Source: Magallana gigas
Taxonomy: Eukaryota
Length of the DNA: 64,000 nucleotides
Direction of reading: 5' to 3'
Assembly: GCF_963853765.1 (NCBI RefSeq)
Contig: NC_088855.1
Span: forward strand, 5,766,001-5,830,000
Position numbers and translations under genes: made by a program. Below, in pieces: positions 62,692 to 64,000 of the stretch. The notes under the pieces were generated by a model. That model was not told where the DNA came from and did not search any database. It saw nothing but the letters and a program-made list of their open reading frames with translations. The first letter of the stretch is position 1; each line of letters opens with the position of its first letter.

Positions 62692-63774
62692 TCATGCCGT
62701 CTTTGCTCGTATGGCCGCTCTCTTTCCTGTGACGGCCTGGAATCCGGATTTAATGCTAGTGACGGAACATCTTGATCCACACGACTCACACTGGAGGAAG
62801 AAAATTCTTGTGTCTTTCTGTAGGAGAGTGTCGGGTGATCTACAGGTGTGACAAGTCACGTATTCCTCTGTAAAACAAATCAGTGGACTGTAAAGTACAT
62901 GTACTGTGAACCAATCATAATATGTGTGCAATAAATAGTCCATAATTATGTGAGCAACCCCTGCATTTTCTTTGCACTAGAATACTAAATACCTAGCTTA
63001 TACTTCTAGAAATAGATATGCATGTAACAACTTCTATCTTTGCAAGTATTTGTCCTAAACTGGCCATTTGCAAATAAAAACGATGCATATCATGTTTGAT
63101 TTGCATTATCTATACATGTACCTTGTAACTGTAAACATGTACATATATTTACATTTTTTAGTGTCATTGTCTGTGATAACACTACAAATGTATATCAATT
63201 TCATAATGTATATTCCAATATATACTTTTCATCAGTGTCTATTTTGATATTTAATCACCCCCCCCCCTCCCCCCCCCAACCGTATTTGATCACATCATAA
63301 TACAGAGTACTTAAAGAATGATCGTATTTTTCTTCTATACATAATTTTGTCTCTTAGGTCTTGCCCCTCTTCTATCTTTTGAATGCACATTAAGTGCATA
63401 TTGAAAGTTTTACAAAAGTCTGTTTTAATCTGATAACAATTGATAGGTCAAACTTTTAAATGATGGCTATGACAATGGTTTGTGAGATGTACAAGTCAAA
63501 TACAAAGTCTAAGTAATCTTACAAGTTTAGAGTTAGGCTTAGATTGTTATTAAGAAGTGGTCATGGAATAAACTAGGGAATGCAACTGCTGACTCGACAT
63601 AATATATGACAAAGCCATCTGTTTTATGAGAAAAAAAAATCTACTCCATATAAGTTTACCTCTACATATGGATTAAGTCAATACTTACTGATATATCGCC
63701 TAAGGACATTTTCAATCTGTTTCTGGTTGTATTTTCCTTTGATAATGAGCTGATTATTACCATCCACAGACCCG
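62692..63774 (-). CDS. EIF2S2: Translation initiation factor eIF2 beta, last two exons (5' part off-window)
   Basis: Exon 63774-63689 ([28 protein letters not shown]) and exon 62867-62692 ([14 protein letters not shown]...[24 protein letters not shown], a C4 zinc ribbon), with matching phase. Confidence 0.96.
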
Positions 63775-64000
63775 CTATAAAGAGGAATATAAAATTGAAG
63801 TCAAAAGAACTCTTTCATACATGTACAAAATGAGGAACCACCATATATCCATCTTTTTTTCACACGTCACAAAACTTGCAAAAAGTGAAAATGTGTAATA
63901 TTTTTTATTTGCAGCAGAAATTTTTACAATGGATGTAAAAAATTTTCTTATACAATGTAGCAAACAATACTGGATATAATTTCAGCCTATTTAACATTTT

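Overview
AT-rich metazoan genomic DNA with spliceosomal introns. The repeat content (Helentron-type non-autonomous elements carrying satellite arrays, TTAA-flanked MITEs) suggests a bivalve, probably an oyster (inference). By reading GT-AG junctions and checking phase I reconstructed six host genes: RBM39/Caper (minus, 10 coding exons seen, 3' end off-window), an intronless type II membrane glycosyltransferase-like ORF (minus), a long GSE1/Plexus-like gene (plus, 15 coding exons, about 1705 aa, with five N-terminal Cys-rich repeats and a 16.7-kb intron), GINS2/PSF2 (minus, complete), TMEM143 (plus, complete, head-to-head with GINS2) and the last two exons of EIF2S2 (minus). The accessory DNA is a 5'-truncated LINE with an open RT ORF, several MITEs, a 177-bp satellite, a 39-bp minisatellite and long palindromes. 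I found no CRISPR array, prokaryotic system, rRNA or convincing tRNA gene, and nothing I can call a new biological system. The best leads are an internal start exon that would give a GSE1 isoform without the Cys repeats, candidate poison exons in RBM39, tandem duplications of splice donors in two genes, tRNA-like A/B boxes inside DNA transposons, and the uncharacterised GT-like protein. All exon calls are by eye and need RNA-seq confirmation.
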